DNA of 64,000 nt from NCBI RefSeq assembly GCF_963921235.1, contig NC_086115.1, forward strand, positions 39,432,001 through 39,496,000, written 5' to 3'. Each line of letters begins with the position of its first letter. Position 1 is the first letter of the stretch. This DNA is from Mobula hypostoma. Taxonomy: Eukaryota. The notes beneath the pieces are model-generated. The model had not been told where the DNA came from and did not search any database. It was given only the letters and a program-made list of their open reading frames with translations. Below, piece after piece: positions 37,213 to 49,861 of the stretch. The translations under genes and the position numbers were made by a program.

Positions 37213-40200
37213 TTCATGCACACTATCATTACAAACAAGCTAAAAATGCAGCTTGCATCCTAATCTTAGAACCTTATCACATTTTCTGCCTGTACAATGG
37301 TCTGGAAACTGTGGATATGCAACCAGTCTTCAAATTTCAGTATTCATCAAAAAATATAACATTTGGTGTCAAACATTAAACAGCGCCATGTATGGACGAA
37401 TGAACTCTTCTCAAGCTTCCAGCAAGCTACAGGTATCAATTTTAAATGTCATTTCGATGATAAGTTCTTCCATGTTCATCAGGATCAGGAAAGCACCAGG
37501 TCCTTTTTTAGTGCAAGATATCATTCTTGAGTATCTTTCTGTTTTTAATCTAACTGTGTGTATTGCAGAAGCATAAGAAAACAAAAGTAAACATGGAGTT
37601 TTGTTTTTTCTCACAAAAATAGTCCCAGCCCTTATAATCTTCCCAAGCCATTTAGTTCCCTCTTCTTGTGTAGCATTTTAGCACCTCTTCTTTGGTTTCT
37701 CCAGCCTTGCTGGTACTCAAGATTAGTCATTACCATGTTTCACTATGCTACAGTGTCTAAAACTGTCTCTGTGGTCAACAATGCAACTGTCATCAGGCTT
37801 GACTTAAAATGTATTTTTGATCTCTCTCTTCAAACCCTGGTCACTTCTTCCTTGCAGCTGATGTGTTAATGCACTTGCAGGTTCTTTTCTAACTGTATGT
37901 CATAGCAGGAACATGATGAGTCAGAAAGAGATGTGGAGAACTGCTGAAACACATGCATCTTATTTATTCCAGCCTCTCCAACGACATTGCATATATACAC
38001 AGAGACTGTAGCTGTAGGTATAAACGGTGTAAATTCAACAGGGCAAAGAATTTCTTGATAGAGTCTTATGGAACATAACGCAATCAATCTGCTGTTAGAA
38101 CTCAGCAGGCCTAGCAGCAAAACTCTGGTTCTCATCTGGAGAGCATCAGGACCGAGAGTGTAGGGGGCAAAAGCTAGTATATATGGAAGTGAGATGTGGG
38201 TGCAATCAGAGGCTGTCATTCCAAGTATAGTATATTGTAAACTTTTAAACACAAAGTTAACACCGAATGATTAAATAGAACTGCAAAATTTTGGAATGGG
38301 CAAATAGATCCATAAAATTAAATATTCACAATAGGTAGAAATGCCCCTGCATATTCAGACATCTTTGCTGGGAATCCTGTATATCCTGTATTTACCACTG
38401 TACTGAGTGATGGCTCTCTCTGCAGACAAGGGCCTGTATAAGTTCATCTACCCTTGTCCTCATTGAAGATTAGTTTCCGTTTGTATTAATGGTACCATCC
38501 ATATAATTCCCGACTAAAACTGGCATCCAACCAAACAAGCCTCATACAGTTGGCCAAAGAAAAGAGTAATTTCTTGCATCTATTAATATACAATATACTC
38601 TAAACTCTAGCTGGTTATTTCACTATGCATTTAGAACATGGCAGGAGCAGTGGTACTCTGCACATTCTAATTTACTTGGACATCTTGTAAAATATCCAAG
38701 GGGATTCCTAAACATTCAGGAGAACTGGACACTGCAATAGAAATGAGTCCATGTACCATAAATTAAGCAGAGCGGATTACTCACTCTAAGATTTATTTTA
38801 AATTTCGAAGGTTAACTTTATTTACTGAAAATACATACAAGAAGTACAAAACAGTACTTGGCTTTCATTATATACAAATTGTTGTCCAACTATCTGTTCC
38901 TAGTTTTGTTAAGTCAATACATTTGCGGTATCATTAGGTTAATACATTTTATTTGATGTAGTGTGAACAAAGACACGGGAGAATACAGCTGGTAGATATG
39001 AAGTCATCTTTTATTTGACAAAATGAGACCCTTTCGGAGGAAGAGGCCAGTTCAACCCAATATTACATGACATGTTATTGCAAAAGATCAAAGGATAATT
39101 CTATATTTACAATGTATCTACAATGCTTCCTTTGAATTATGTATAAATTCCATGCCTCCTTCTTCACACCCACAATCCAGACGCCTAAAATGAATGTCAT
39201 CATTGTCTGGTTTACTAATTAACTGCTCTTCACAGCTCTAGGAAACTACTGTCCGGAGCTGCATCTTAAATCTACAGTCTATGTTCAGGTCTAAAGATTG
39301 GTTGCTGAAGTTAATATTTTGGGGTAGCCCCCTCCCCAGTCCAAAATATGCCCTAACACAATGTACTAAGCACAAATACCATTCATACAGCCTCTTGAAC
39401 AATATACAGTTAGGCTTTGTGGGGCTTTTACACAGGACCTAACCATTCAGTATCTAGTGGAGACAGGACCTTAGTCTGCAGTCCTTTCCCACAAAGCCGT
39501 TGCTTTGGCTGCTTAAAGTTTCTCCCTAGACCATACTTGTGCAGCGCGCAACAACATTCAGCCTACTCCAGGAGTATAACTGCTTTGCCCGGGGTCAAAT
39601 ATGATCTGAAATCTGATGTCATATTGTACCTATTATATCACTGCCTGACCACTGTGCAGTGAGGCTGAAATCACATGAAATATGCATCAGAAGCGAGTTT
39701 TCAGTCATCACTTTTCTTTAGATTTTCTCTGGGCTTTGCTCTTTGAGTGAATTTTCTGCTTATCAAGGTAAAGTTGAGAATTTACATTTCCATTTCCCAT
39801 GCCAGGAATCTTTGCATGCTTTCTGAAGTAGACAGCCAATTAGTCCTGAAATAACAGCAGATTTTGCAGTAAATTCAGGCCTGTTAAGAAATGAATGCAG
39901 GCTTTTCAAAGTGGCTTCACTTAGGGACCTCGCAGTTGTCAGAAAAAGGAGAATTTTATTGCTTGAGTTTGTGTGTTAGAATGAAGCCCAGGTCCCAAGT
40001 GCGAAAAAATTATTCAACACAGCAATGGACACTTTTTCAACATGAGATCACTAGTACTGGTAGGTAATTGTTTTAGTATTAGCCTTTATTCCATTTTTAG
40101 ACAAGTAAATATGAAAGCCAGTTTAGTTCTACATTGTGCTCACTGTAAGCATCAGAGATCCAGTTGGCTTGGTCTTCGTCAAAAGCACATTGTTCACTGA

Positions 40201-40249
40201 CTCAGGAAGGAGCTATATTGTATCTCTTTGTCCTACTGTGAATACGTGC

Positions 40250-40620
40250 AAGAAAATTAATCTCAGGGTAGTATATGGTGACATATAAGTAATATATTTG
40301 GATAATAAATTTACTTTGAACTTTAAACTACCATCGAAGAGGAGATACAGGATCCTCTGTTCCCACACTACGAGGTTCAGGAATCGTTATTACCCTTCAA
40401 TAATTAGGCTCCTGAACCAGCATGGATAACTTCATCTACCTCCACACTGAACCGATTCCACACCCTATGGACTCACTTTCAAGGATTGTGCAACTCATGT
40501 TCTCAGTGTTAATTATTTATTATTATTGTTAATTGTTTTTCCTTTGTATTTGTACATTTTGTAATTGTTTTTCCTTTGTATTTGTACATTTTGTACACCA
40601 AACATACAGTGAAATGTATG
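40250..40620 (+). mobile_element. Two adjacent Rex-like 3' fragments
   Basis: aatctcagggtagtatatggtgac...gataataaatttactttgaac tail, then ttacccttcaa...gctcctgaaccag block. Confidence 0.65.
40531..40594 (+). repeat. Perfect 32-bp tandem duplication
   Basis: aattgtttttcctttgtatttgtacattttgt x2. Confidence 0.95.
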
Positions 40621-40624
40621 TGAA

Positions 40625-40835
40625 ATGAAATATGCTGGGACAGCACGCAAGTGTCACCACATTTCCGGCACCAACATAGCATATCCACAACTCCCTAACC
40701 CTAATTGTATGCCTTTGGAATGTGGGAGGAAACCAGATCACCCAGAGGAAACCCACAAGGTCATGGGCAAAACATACAAACTTCTTACAGACAGCGGTAG
40801 GAATCAAATCCCGATTGGTGATAATTGGCACTGTA
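40625..40835 (-). mobile_element. V-type (HE1-like) SINE
   Basis: Plus strand tttggaatgtgggaggaaaccagatcacccagaggaaacccac is the reverse complement of the V-domain. Confidence 0.8.
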
Positions 40836-41647
40836 AAGCAACCATCAAAGGAAATTAATTGGTCTTTTGAAATAAATATAATGCAGCTTTACTCAATTAC
40901 TGGGCTTGCCTGCCATGTATGGAAATATTCCAAGTTCCCATAAATGATCAATGGGCAAATAGGAAAAAGACAAAAGAAAATATCAATTACAAATTTCATA
41001 ATATTGCTACTGAGTTTGCTGGTTATTTGTTTCCTGGTTCAGCAAAGTTAGAAAGTGAATTGCCTTGGCACAATCTCGTCAGCGAAGATTAGAAACAAAT
41101 ACTGGAGTGACAACGGGTCATCTGGCTTTTGAAGCACTAACTTTGGATCATTTCAGAACTAGAATCAGAATCAGAGTCAGATTTAATATCACTGGCATTT
41201 GTCGTGAAATTTGTTGTTTTGCAACAGCCGTACATTGCAATACATAATAATAAAACTATAAATTACGATAAGAAATATACACATGTATATAAATAATCCA
41301 AAAGGAGAGCAAAATAAGAAAAAAAGGTCAGTTATCTTCTGCTTAATTCGCAAGTGAATCACCTTCCCTGTGAGTACTTTTCCTGCTGAACTATTTTGCA
41401 TTGAATTAAATTAGTTGTAAGGTTAACCAGATTCTGTGGATTGATGAACCCGTTCCACACAAGTTTGTCAGAGTTCCTCTCCTTTGGCTGAACTAGGAGA
41501 GATCCAGCCCTTCCCCACACCTCCACCCACCCACCGACCCAGTCCCTTTGATTTGGGGTATAGTAATAATCACTTTATCCTGGTTGAAGATGTGCAGGCT
41601 TTGCTTTTCTACATCAAGCAACATGATCAAAAATACAAAGAATGGAG

Positions 41648-41826
41648 ATCATAAACACAAGAGATTCTGCAGTTATGCTGGAAATCCGGAGCACCATTCA
41701 CAAAATGCTGGAGAAACATAGCAGCGTTTCAGGTCCTGATGAAGGGTCTTGGCCAGAAATGTCGATTCTTTATTCCTCTCCGTAGATGCTGCCTGACCTG
41801 TTTATCCAGCATTTTGTGTGTGTGTT
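41648..41826. mobile_element. PLE fold-back insertion with hammerhead-like core
   Basis: Inverted terminus (cacaaaatgctgg / ccagcattttgtg); CTGATGA 41736-41742, GAAA 41756-41759, TC 41762-41763. Confidence 0.85.
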
Positions 41827-43439
41827 AATTATGAAGGGAGGCAGTGATTTCATTGAAAATTTAATTAATTCCAGCTGAAGTAGTTTGTGATGTTTCCGGA
41901 TCATAAGCTGAAAGCCTGTAAACAAAGTAAGTTATCTCTTAATCTTGTGCTCTAGTAGTGGATGAACTCTTCTCTTCTTCCTGAATTAAAGGTGCTGTAG
42001 TTTGTGTTACAAATAGTTGTGAACTGTCCATTTTGCTGCAGGTATTTCCAGACACACCTGTCTTACGATGACTTCTACTCGGCCTCTGGACTTTCAATTG
42101 CATAATCTTTTGATAGTGCTTTGGAAGGCAGTAAACAAGCTCATTAATCTACACTATAGATGAGTTGTGTTCTATTGCAATAAATTCTGTCTGGAACGGG
42201 CAATAAGCACTAGAAAATAAAGTTTGTTGTTTTATGTATTGTGTTAACCTCTTGCAAACCAAATGTCCTCTTCTGCTTCATGCAATATACTGTAAATATG
42301 ATTTCATTACATCATCAAAATATTGCTTTATTAAATTTATTCAGCATTTCCAAAGCAGACTTAGAATAGGTCGGGAGGCTTGCTGTAGTCTCACAACAGC
42401 CTGAATATGATATGAATTTGTCTACTGCTGTAATACATGCTAATAAAAGTCCCATAACTATCACAATGTAGAAATATTGTGCACTGCTGATTTGAAAGAA
42501 TCGGAACTTCACATCTATTCCTCAATCAACACCTCGGTTACAGATTATCTGGGTATTATCATATTCCTTCTTTTGGGATTTGGCTGTCCCATTCCCAACA
42601 CTGCAACAGTGCCCGCACATCAAAAATATTTCATGGGTTGTTCTGATGTCATATCCAAATGAAAGTCTTTTTGCAATATTTTTCATCTAAGATAGTTTAC
42701 AGGATGTAGATGTCACTGGTACTTATCATGGCTACCCAAATACCTTGATGTGAGAAAGAGGTCAAGAGCCAGGCACATTGACACTGGTCCAGAGTCACGT
42801 GCAGGTCAGACTGCATAAGGGCAGCAGATTTCCTTCTTGGAAGTGCATATGTAATCCAGATTTTTTAATAGTAATTCAACAGATTCATGGTTACAATTGT
42901 TCGTTTACTTAGTAACTTGAATTTATATTGCCCAGTTTCAATGCAAGGATTCAACCTCACAGCTGTAATTCAAAAGGGTATTCTACTTTTTCTCTAGACT
43001 TTCATAGAACACAGAACATAGAAATCTACGGCACATTACAGGCCCTTCAGCCCACAATGTTGTGCTGACCATGTAACCTATTCTAGAAACTGCCTAGAAT
43101 TTCCCTATCGCATAGCCCTCTAATTCAGTTAGAGCACAGGCCCCGTAATATAACCTTTAACCTAAGAACACAGGTCCTGTAGTATAATATCTAAATAATT
43201 GCTCAATCTTTTCTTGCCAGAGACTGCAATCCCCGTTATTTACATATTGAAACATTATTCCTCTGCTTCATATAACACATTTGTAGTTATCCCTTTAAGA
43301 AGCAAAGATCTTATTTTTTTCTTTACTCTTCCCTCTTCCCTTCCAACCTTTTATTTTTTACATTATTATCAAAAATAACAACAGAAATAATAGAAGAGAC
43401 GATTGGCAGGGACTTTGTTCTCTCCTGTGGTTTCAACCA

Positions 43440-43700
43440 TCTCACTAGTCAGACCTCAGCCAAATGAGTTCATTTTATGTAATATAAAGGAACAGTTGAG
43501 AAGACTGGTTGCAGAAAATGATATGGGACCAGATGATATCCCAACTGCTTTTCTGCGGACTTGTAGTCCAGAACTAGATTATAGCCAAGCTGTTCCATGA
43601 ATGGACTAGCACTATAGCACCAGTCTCCAGCCAGAGTTATAGAAAATTACCTCAGCATGTGTGATGCATTGAAGGAACAAATCTCAGGTCCAGATTGTTA
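43440..43700 (+). mobile_element. Ancient LINE RT fragment (CR1 group)
   Basis: MGPDDIPTAFLRTCSPEL...AKLF resembles the KAMGPDNIP-type motif. Confidence 0.6.
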
Positions 43701-44022
43701 TTTTAATTGTTACTTCCAGTCTAAGGCACAAAATAACATGTAGACCTGAACCAGAACTTTGAGAATTAAATAAAGCAAAAGCAAGCATTGGATTGTTCCT
43801 GGAACTTAAGTCCAAGAGAACTTTTCCAAGATCTTTTGGAGTTTTAAAACCACCTGGATAAAATTCATGACACATCTGTGTTTTTATTAGTTCTTCCATC
43901 CTATCCATGGTTACCTTTCCAGATGTATGAGAAATGAAGGTGAGCAGAAATAAAAACAGAATGATGATGACATGCAAGCCCCAGAACCGTGTATGTATTC
44001 CTGCTCAAAGGGTGAGTTACAC

Positions 44023-44215
44023 TGGCCAGTGGTGTGGTGGCATCCGCACTGGACTTCGAGGCAAGAGGTCCTGGGTTCGAATCTAGTCGGCTCCTTGCAC
44101 ACTTTCCATATGTGCTGGGTTAAGCATTGAGCTAGCAACTCAACCTCATGAAAAGATGAGAAAAAAATGCTAAAGGAATGATAAGGTTGCTACCCAATGT
44201 GCCACAAGGCATGTT
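44023..44215 (+). mobile_element. Older tRNA-head SINE with RTE-like middle
   Basis: A and B boxes (gggttcgaatc); gagctagcaactcaacctcatgaaaa block related to the SINE at 58143-58411. Confidence 0.7.
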
Positions 44216-44849
44216 ACGCCACCAATGCACCCCTCCTGCCACAAGATTAATAGGTTGACATATCATTTTAGGCACCACACATATTGCATCTATTTTAAGT
44301 GGCTAAATGCATCAAGGGCTAACATTTAATAAAAATACATTTAATATGAAGGGATGGGATTCTATTCAGGTGAGGAAGGTTTTAATAGCTGCAGCCTAAA
44401 AGTGTCAAAATGGATATTTGACATTCTGATATAAATGGCAGGAGATAAATACAGTACTGACGGTAATGTGAGCTCACTTTTTTGACAGATGCACACTGGT
44501 CGAGATGTTGGGTTTGGATAAAATGACCATTTTAATGTTGTTAATCTCCATGCTCTTTTCATTTTCCCTCATGCATTAAGCTTAGTGGTAGGTAATGGTC
44601 ACCAATAACTATTTTGTCCTGTAAGTTGCTGGAACTACAGGAAGCCTTAGAGAAATTGCATTAGATTTACTTCATATTCCACAAACAAGACATATGTATA
44701 TCCTTCCAGGTGAGGCAACACTTCAGCTGGGAATGGCTAGGGTTGTCTATTGTGTTGGGCACTGCTGATGCAGCCTCCTCTAAATTGGCGTCCCTTTTCC
44801 ACCTGTCCCTCCCCATTAATCCACCCCCCCCCCCGGTACTTATCGCTGC

Positions 44850-45990
44850 AAGGGGCCTAAATGCTACACCTTGGTAAAAATGCCATCCCCTTCTCTCAGT
44901 TCCTCTATATATTAATGACTTAGACGAGGGAACTAAATGCAGCATCTCCAAGTTTGCGGATGACACGAAGCTGGGCGGCAGTGTTAGCTGTGAGGAGGAT
45001 GCTAAGAGGATGCAGGGTGACTTGGATAGGTTAGGTGAGTGGGCAAATTCATAGCAGATGCAGTTTAATGTGGATAAATGTGAGGTTATCCACTTTGGTG
45101 GCAAAAACAGGAAAACAGATTATTATCTGAATACACATCAAAGTTGCTGGTGCGTTCACCAGCAGCAACTTTGATGTGTGTTGCTTGAATTTCCAGCATC
45201 TGCAGAATTCCTGTTGTTTATTATCTGAATAGTGGCCGATTAGGAAAAGGGGAGGTACAACGAGACCTGGGTGTCATTATACACCAGTCATTGAAAGTGG
45301 GCATGCAGGTACAGGAGGCAGTGAAAAAGGCGAATGGTATGCTGGCATTCATAGCAAGAGAATTTGAGTATAGGAGCAGGGAGGTACTACTGCAGTTGTA
45401 CAAGGCCTTGGTGAGACCACACCTGGAGTATTGTGTGCAGTTTTGGTCCCCTAATCTGAGGAAAGACATTCTTGCCAGAGAGGGGGTACAAAGAAGGTTC
45501 ACCAGATTGATTCCTGGGATGGCAGGACTTTCATAGGATGAAAGACTGGATCGACTAGGCTTATACTCGCTGGAATTTAGAAGATTGAGGGGGGATCTTA
45601 TTGAAACGTATAAAATCCTAAAGGGATTGGACAGGCTAGATACAGGAAGATTGTTCCCGATGTTGGGGAAGTCCAGAACGAGGGGCCACAGTTTGAGGAT
45701 AAAGGGGAAACCTTTTAGGACCGAAATGAGGAAAAATTTCTTCACACAGAGAGTGGTGAATCTGTGGAATTCTCTGCCACAGGAAGCAGTTTAGGCCAGT
45801 TCATTGGCTATATTTAAGAGGGAGTTAGATATGACCCTTGTGGCTAAAGGGATCAGGGGGTATGGAAAGAAGGCAGGTACAGGGTTCTGAGTTGGATGAT
45901 CAGCCATGATCATACTGAATGGCGGTGCAGGCTCGAAGGGCCGAATGGCCTACTCCTGCACCTATTTTCTGTGTTTCTATGTTTCTATGT
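44850..45990 (+). mobile_element. CR1 RT C-terminus and 3' end
   Basis: SKFADDTKLGG, LYKALVRPHLEYCVQFW, FFTQRVVNLWNSLP; ttctatgtttctatg tail. Confidence 0.95.
45133..45218. mobile_element. 86-bp PLE hairpin insertion with 12-bp TSD
   Basis: TSD tattatctgaat at 45121-45132 and 45219-45230; stem acacatcaaagttgctggtg, loop cgtt, then caccag(cag)caactttgatgtgt. Confidence 0.92.
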
Positions 45991-46029
45991 CTCACTTGTA
46001 AAAATGTCATCTCTTTCTCTCAGTTCTTC

Positions 46030-48250
46030 TGACTCCTCTGCACCTGCTCTCAGGATAAGGCTTTTCATTCCAGAACTAATGAGATGTCCTCTTGCTTCAA
46101 AGAGAGGGCTTTCCTTCCTCCACCATCAACCCTGCCCTCACGCTCATCTCTTCCATTTCGCGCATGTCTGCCCTCATCCCATCCTTCCGCCACCCCAGCA
46201 GGGATAGGGCTCCTCTTGTCCTCACCTACCACCCCAGTAGCCTCTGTGTCTAGCTCATAATACTCTGTAACTTCTACTATGGAAAGCCACCACCAAGCAC
46301 ATCTTTCCCTCCACCCCACTTTCTGCTTTCCGCAGGGATCACTCCCTTGTCTATTCATCCCTCCCCACTGATCTCCCTCCTGTTACTTATCCTTGCAAGT
46401 GGAACAAGTGCCATGCCTACCCCTACACTTCCTCCCTCACTACCAATTAGGGCCCCAAACAAGGTGAAGATTGATAGATTCTAGATTAGTCAGGGCATTA
46501 AGGGATATGATGAGAAGGCAGGAGATTGGGGCTGAGAGTAAAATTGGATCAGCCATGATGAAATGGTGGTGCAGACTCAATGGGCTAAATGGCCTAATTC
46601 TGCTCCTATATCTTATTGTCTTATGATCTTGTGGTGAGTCAACTCTTCACCTGTGAGTCTTTTGGGGTCATCTACTCTCGCCGGTGTCCTGGTCTGGCCT
46701 CCTGTATTTTGGTGAGATCTGATGTAGATTGGGAGACTGCTTCGCTGAGCACCTACACTCCATCCACCAGAAAAAGTGGGATCTCCTGGAGGTCACCCAT
46801 TTTAATTCTACTTTCTATTCCCATTCTGGCATGTCAGTCCATGACCTCCTCTATTGCCATGATGAGGCTACACTCAGGTTGGAGGAGCAACACCTTATAT
46901 TCCGTCTGGGTAGCCTCCAAAGTGATGGCATGAACATCAATTTCTTGAACTTCTGGTAATTGTCTCATCCGCCTCCCCACCTTTCACAATTCCCATTCCT
47001 ATTTCCTTATCTCCTTATCTGCCCGTCATCTCCCTCTGATGCTCCTCCCTCTTCCCTTTCTTCCATGGTCTTCTAGCCAGTCCTATCAGATTCCCCTTCT
47101 CCAGCTCTTTGTCTCTTTCACCAATCAACTTCTCATCTCTTTACTTCACTCTTCCCCCCTCCCAGTTTCACCTATCACCTACCCCTTTGTACTTTTTCCT
47201 CATCTCCCCCTACCTTCTTGCTGTAACTTCTCATCCTTTTTTCCGGTCCTGATGAAAGGTCTCGGCCAGAAACGTCAACTGTTTACTTTTTTCCATAGGT
47301 GCTATCTGGTCTGCTGAGTTCCTCCAGTATTTTGTGTGTATCGTTAAGTGCTACACCTGCCCATTCACCTCCATTCAGGGCCCAAGATGGTCCTTGGAAG
47401 TGAAGCAACACTCTACGCATGAATAGGCTGGGGTCATTTATTGTGTTCAGTGTTCTCAATGCGGCCTCCTCTACATTGTCCATTCTTTTCTCCCTGCCAA
47501 TCTGCCCTCTGGTACTTATCCCTGCAAGCGGCCCAACTGCTACACCTGCCATTCACCTCCTCCCTGACCTTCATTGAGACCACCAAACAATCCTTCCAGG
47601 TGAGGTAACACTTTGCCTGCAAAACAGCTGGCGTTGTAGATTGTGTCCGGTGCTCCCGAAGCGTCCTCCTCTACATTGGTGAGCCCTGTCGTAAATTGAG
47701 GGACTGCTTTGATGAGCACCTCCACCCCATCCACCAAAAGCAGAACTTCCCGGTTCCCAAACATTTTAATTCTGATACCCATGCCCATTACGACACGCCA
47801 GTCCATGGTCTCCTCTTGTGCCAAGATGAGCCCACCCTCAGGATAGAGGACTATTACCTTATATTCTGTCTGGGCAGCCTCCAACCTGGTGACATGAATA
47901 ATTTCTCCTTCCGGTAAAAAAATTATTCCCTCCCCATCACCTCTTCTATTCCCCACTGCAGCCTCTTACCTCTTCTCAACTGCCTATCACCTTCCCCTGG
48001 CTCCCCTCCTCCTTCTCTTTCTCCTATGGTCCTCTCTTCCCTCCTTTCAGATTCCTTCTTCTCCAACCCTTTATCTTTACAACGCACCTGGCTTTTCACC
48101 TATGACCTTTTAACTGTCTTCCATCCCCTGCCCCCTTTTTTATTCTGGCATCTTCCCCCTTCCTTTTCAGTGCTGAAAAAGGCTTACGGCCTAAAACATC
48201 GGCTATTTATTCCTTTCCATAAAGTTCCTCCAGCATTGTGTGTGTTAATT
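46030..48250 (+). mobile_element. Tandem PLE fragments (GIY-YIG, 3' region and terminus, twice), interrupted by a short CR1 3' end at about 46465-46625
   Basis: GDCFAEHLHS...LEEQHLIFRLGSLQSDGMN and RDCFDEHL...LGSLQPGDMN; termini at about 47245-47340 and 48165-48245. Confidence 0.88.
47244..47281 (+). ncRNA. Minimal type-I hammerhead-ribozyme motif (best-preserved core in the window)
   Basis: gtc-CTGATGA-aaggtctcggcca-GAAA-cg-TC-aac; core intact, stems I and II imperfect; activity untested. Confidence 0.6.
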
Positions 48251-48913
48251 TTAATTTTGTAACGTCCTTTAAGATCTGTTTATTATATTGTGCATCTTAA
48301 TCTGGATTCTCTCTATCTTCATTGCCAATACAAAAAAAAATCAGAAAATTTGTTTCCTCTTCAGCGTATCTTCTAAATTTTAACTCCATTATTTTCTTTG
48401 AATTTGTACAAGATTGACAAATAATTCTTTGAATTACTCTAAGCTGGAATGCCTTTATGCATTTATCTATATCACTGGCTGATTATCTTTCAGAAATGAA
48501 AATGAGTGTTGACAGCATTTTTACATATGAGCTTTCAGACATGCTCTTGCGTTTCAGAGGAAGAGAGAATAAATGTTCTCAGGAAATTTTTTACATGTTA
48601 TACCAAACTTAAGTGAATTGTTAAAAAGCACAAGAAATGTGCAAATTCATTTAACTTGGTTATGTGGTTTCTGCAGTTGAGTTTGCTGCACATTAATTCA
48701 CCATCTTATGTGTAAAGCTAAATCAGCACCTTTGTGAGTAGTTAGACAAAGCAATCAGAGCTACACTCTGTCCATCAGAAATTACAAGAACAGATAATGT
48801 AAACTCTTAACTTCTGGACTGAAATTCAAAATTATAAATGGAGAATTATCTGAGTAACATCCAGTTTTCGTGTTAGTAAAATCTGAACAGCGGGAGCCAA
48901 TATGCATTAAATG

Positions 48914-49665
48914 CAGTGGGTTCTGGTTAATTGAGACATATCGCAACCAGTACATTTTGGCCCAATTAAGCAATTGTCGCAATTAGCCAAAGTAGTTAGA
49001 AAGGCATAAAAATGACAGACTGAGTAGGAAATTAAGTATTTAACTAAAATACAGAACAAGTTATAACACTACTTATAGCACTATGGTACTATAACTCTAC
49101 ATATTAGTTCCTAATAGTTATTGACAGAGGAATTCATCCAGTGCATGCAATGAACAAAATCAGCACAGACACCTAGTGCAGATAATGGACTGCTTTCATA
49201 CACTGCTTTCAATGACTGCATCCTCCAAATTTTCATTTTTATTGTAAAATTCAAGATGAATGTCTATACCTGTAAATAAAGTAGTGAAAAAGTTTCATTT
49301 TCACTCCTGGGCGTTTCTGGCATCTCCACGCCTGAAAGCTTGAAACCACAGTGAACAAAACGGTTCTGAATTGTCTTACTGCTTATTTCTCGCCAACTAT
49401 CAGTGACAAAAATTACTGCTTTTTGAACACAAACGCATACACCTGATGCTATTCAAAAACTATTCACAATAGCGTCTAACAGTCTGGCCACACAAGTGTG
49501 TGCGAACAACACTAGTTTGGCCACAGTCTCCTTCCCCAACTAAGTGTCATGGTGTCCCAAATAACTGAAGGGAAATCCTGGCAATTTTCATGAAAAATTT
49601 TTGTTCTTTCTGAGTTGTCCCAAAGAAGTGGCTGCCCCAATTAACCAATTAACTGGAATCCACAG
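48914..49665. mobile_element. Tigger/pogo-like non-autonomous DNA transposon
   Basis: Inverted termini cagtgggttctggttaatt ... aattaactggaatccacag|ta. Confidence 0.7.
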
Positions 49666-49861
49666 TATTGGATGTTGGGATAGGAAATGTAGCACTAACT
49701 TTATTAATACTGCTTGCAACTGTCTAAAGAGCAATCCTTCCAAGTAAAGTTTGGTAAACCTGGGCATATGAATATAAGAATCAGGAGCAGGAGTAGGGCA
49801 TTCATTTCCTCGAGTCGACCCTATTATTCAATAAGATCATAGCAGATTTGATTGTAACCAT

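Noticed and set aside
37866-38252. 128-aa minus-strand ORF in non-repeat DNA
   Set aside because: No motif or splice context, and the composition looks like random open sequence.
41945-42135. Open frames on both strands (minus HYQKIMQLKV..., plus RYFQTHLSYDDFYSASGLSIA)
   Set aside because: Both end in stops with no donor and show no recognisable family motif.
43684-43977. 97-aa minus-strand ORF, and a plus-strand 17-nt microexon candidate (ccag|ATGTATGAGAAATGAAG|gtgagc) near 43923-43939
   Set aside because: No recognisable homology; 17 nt would shift the POLM frame; such site pairs arise by chance in 60 kb.
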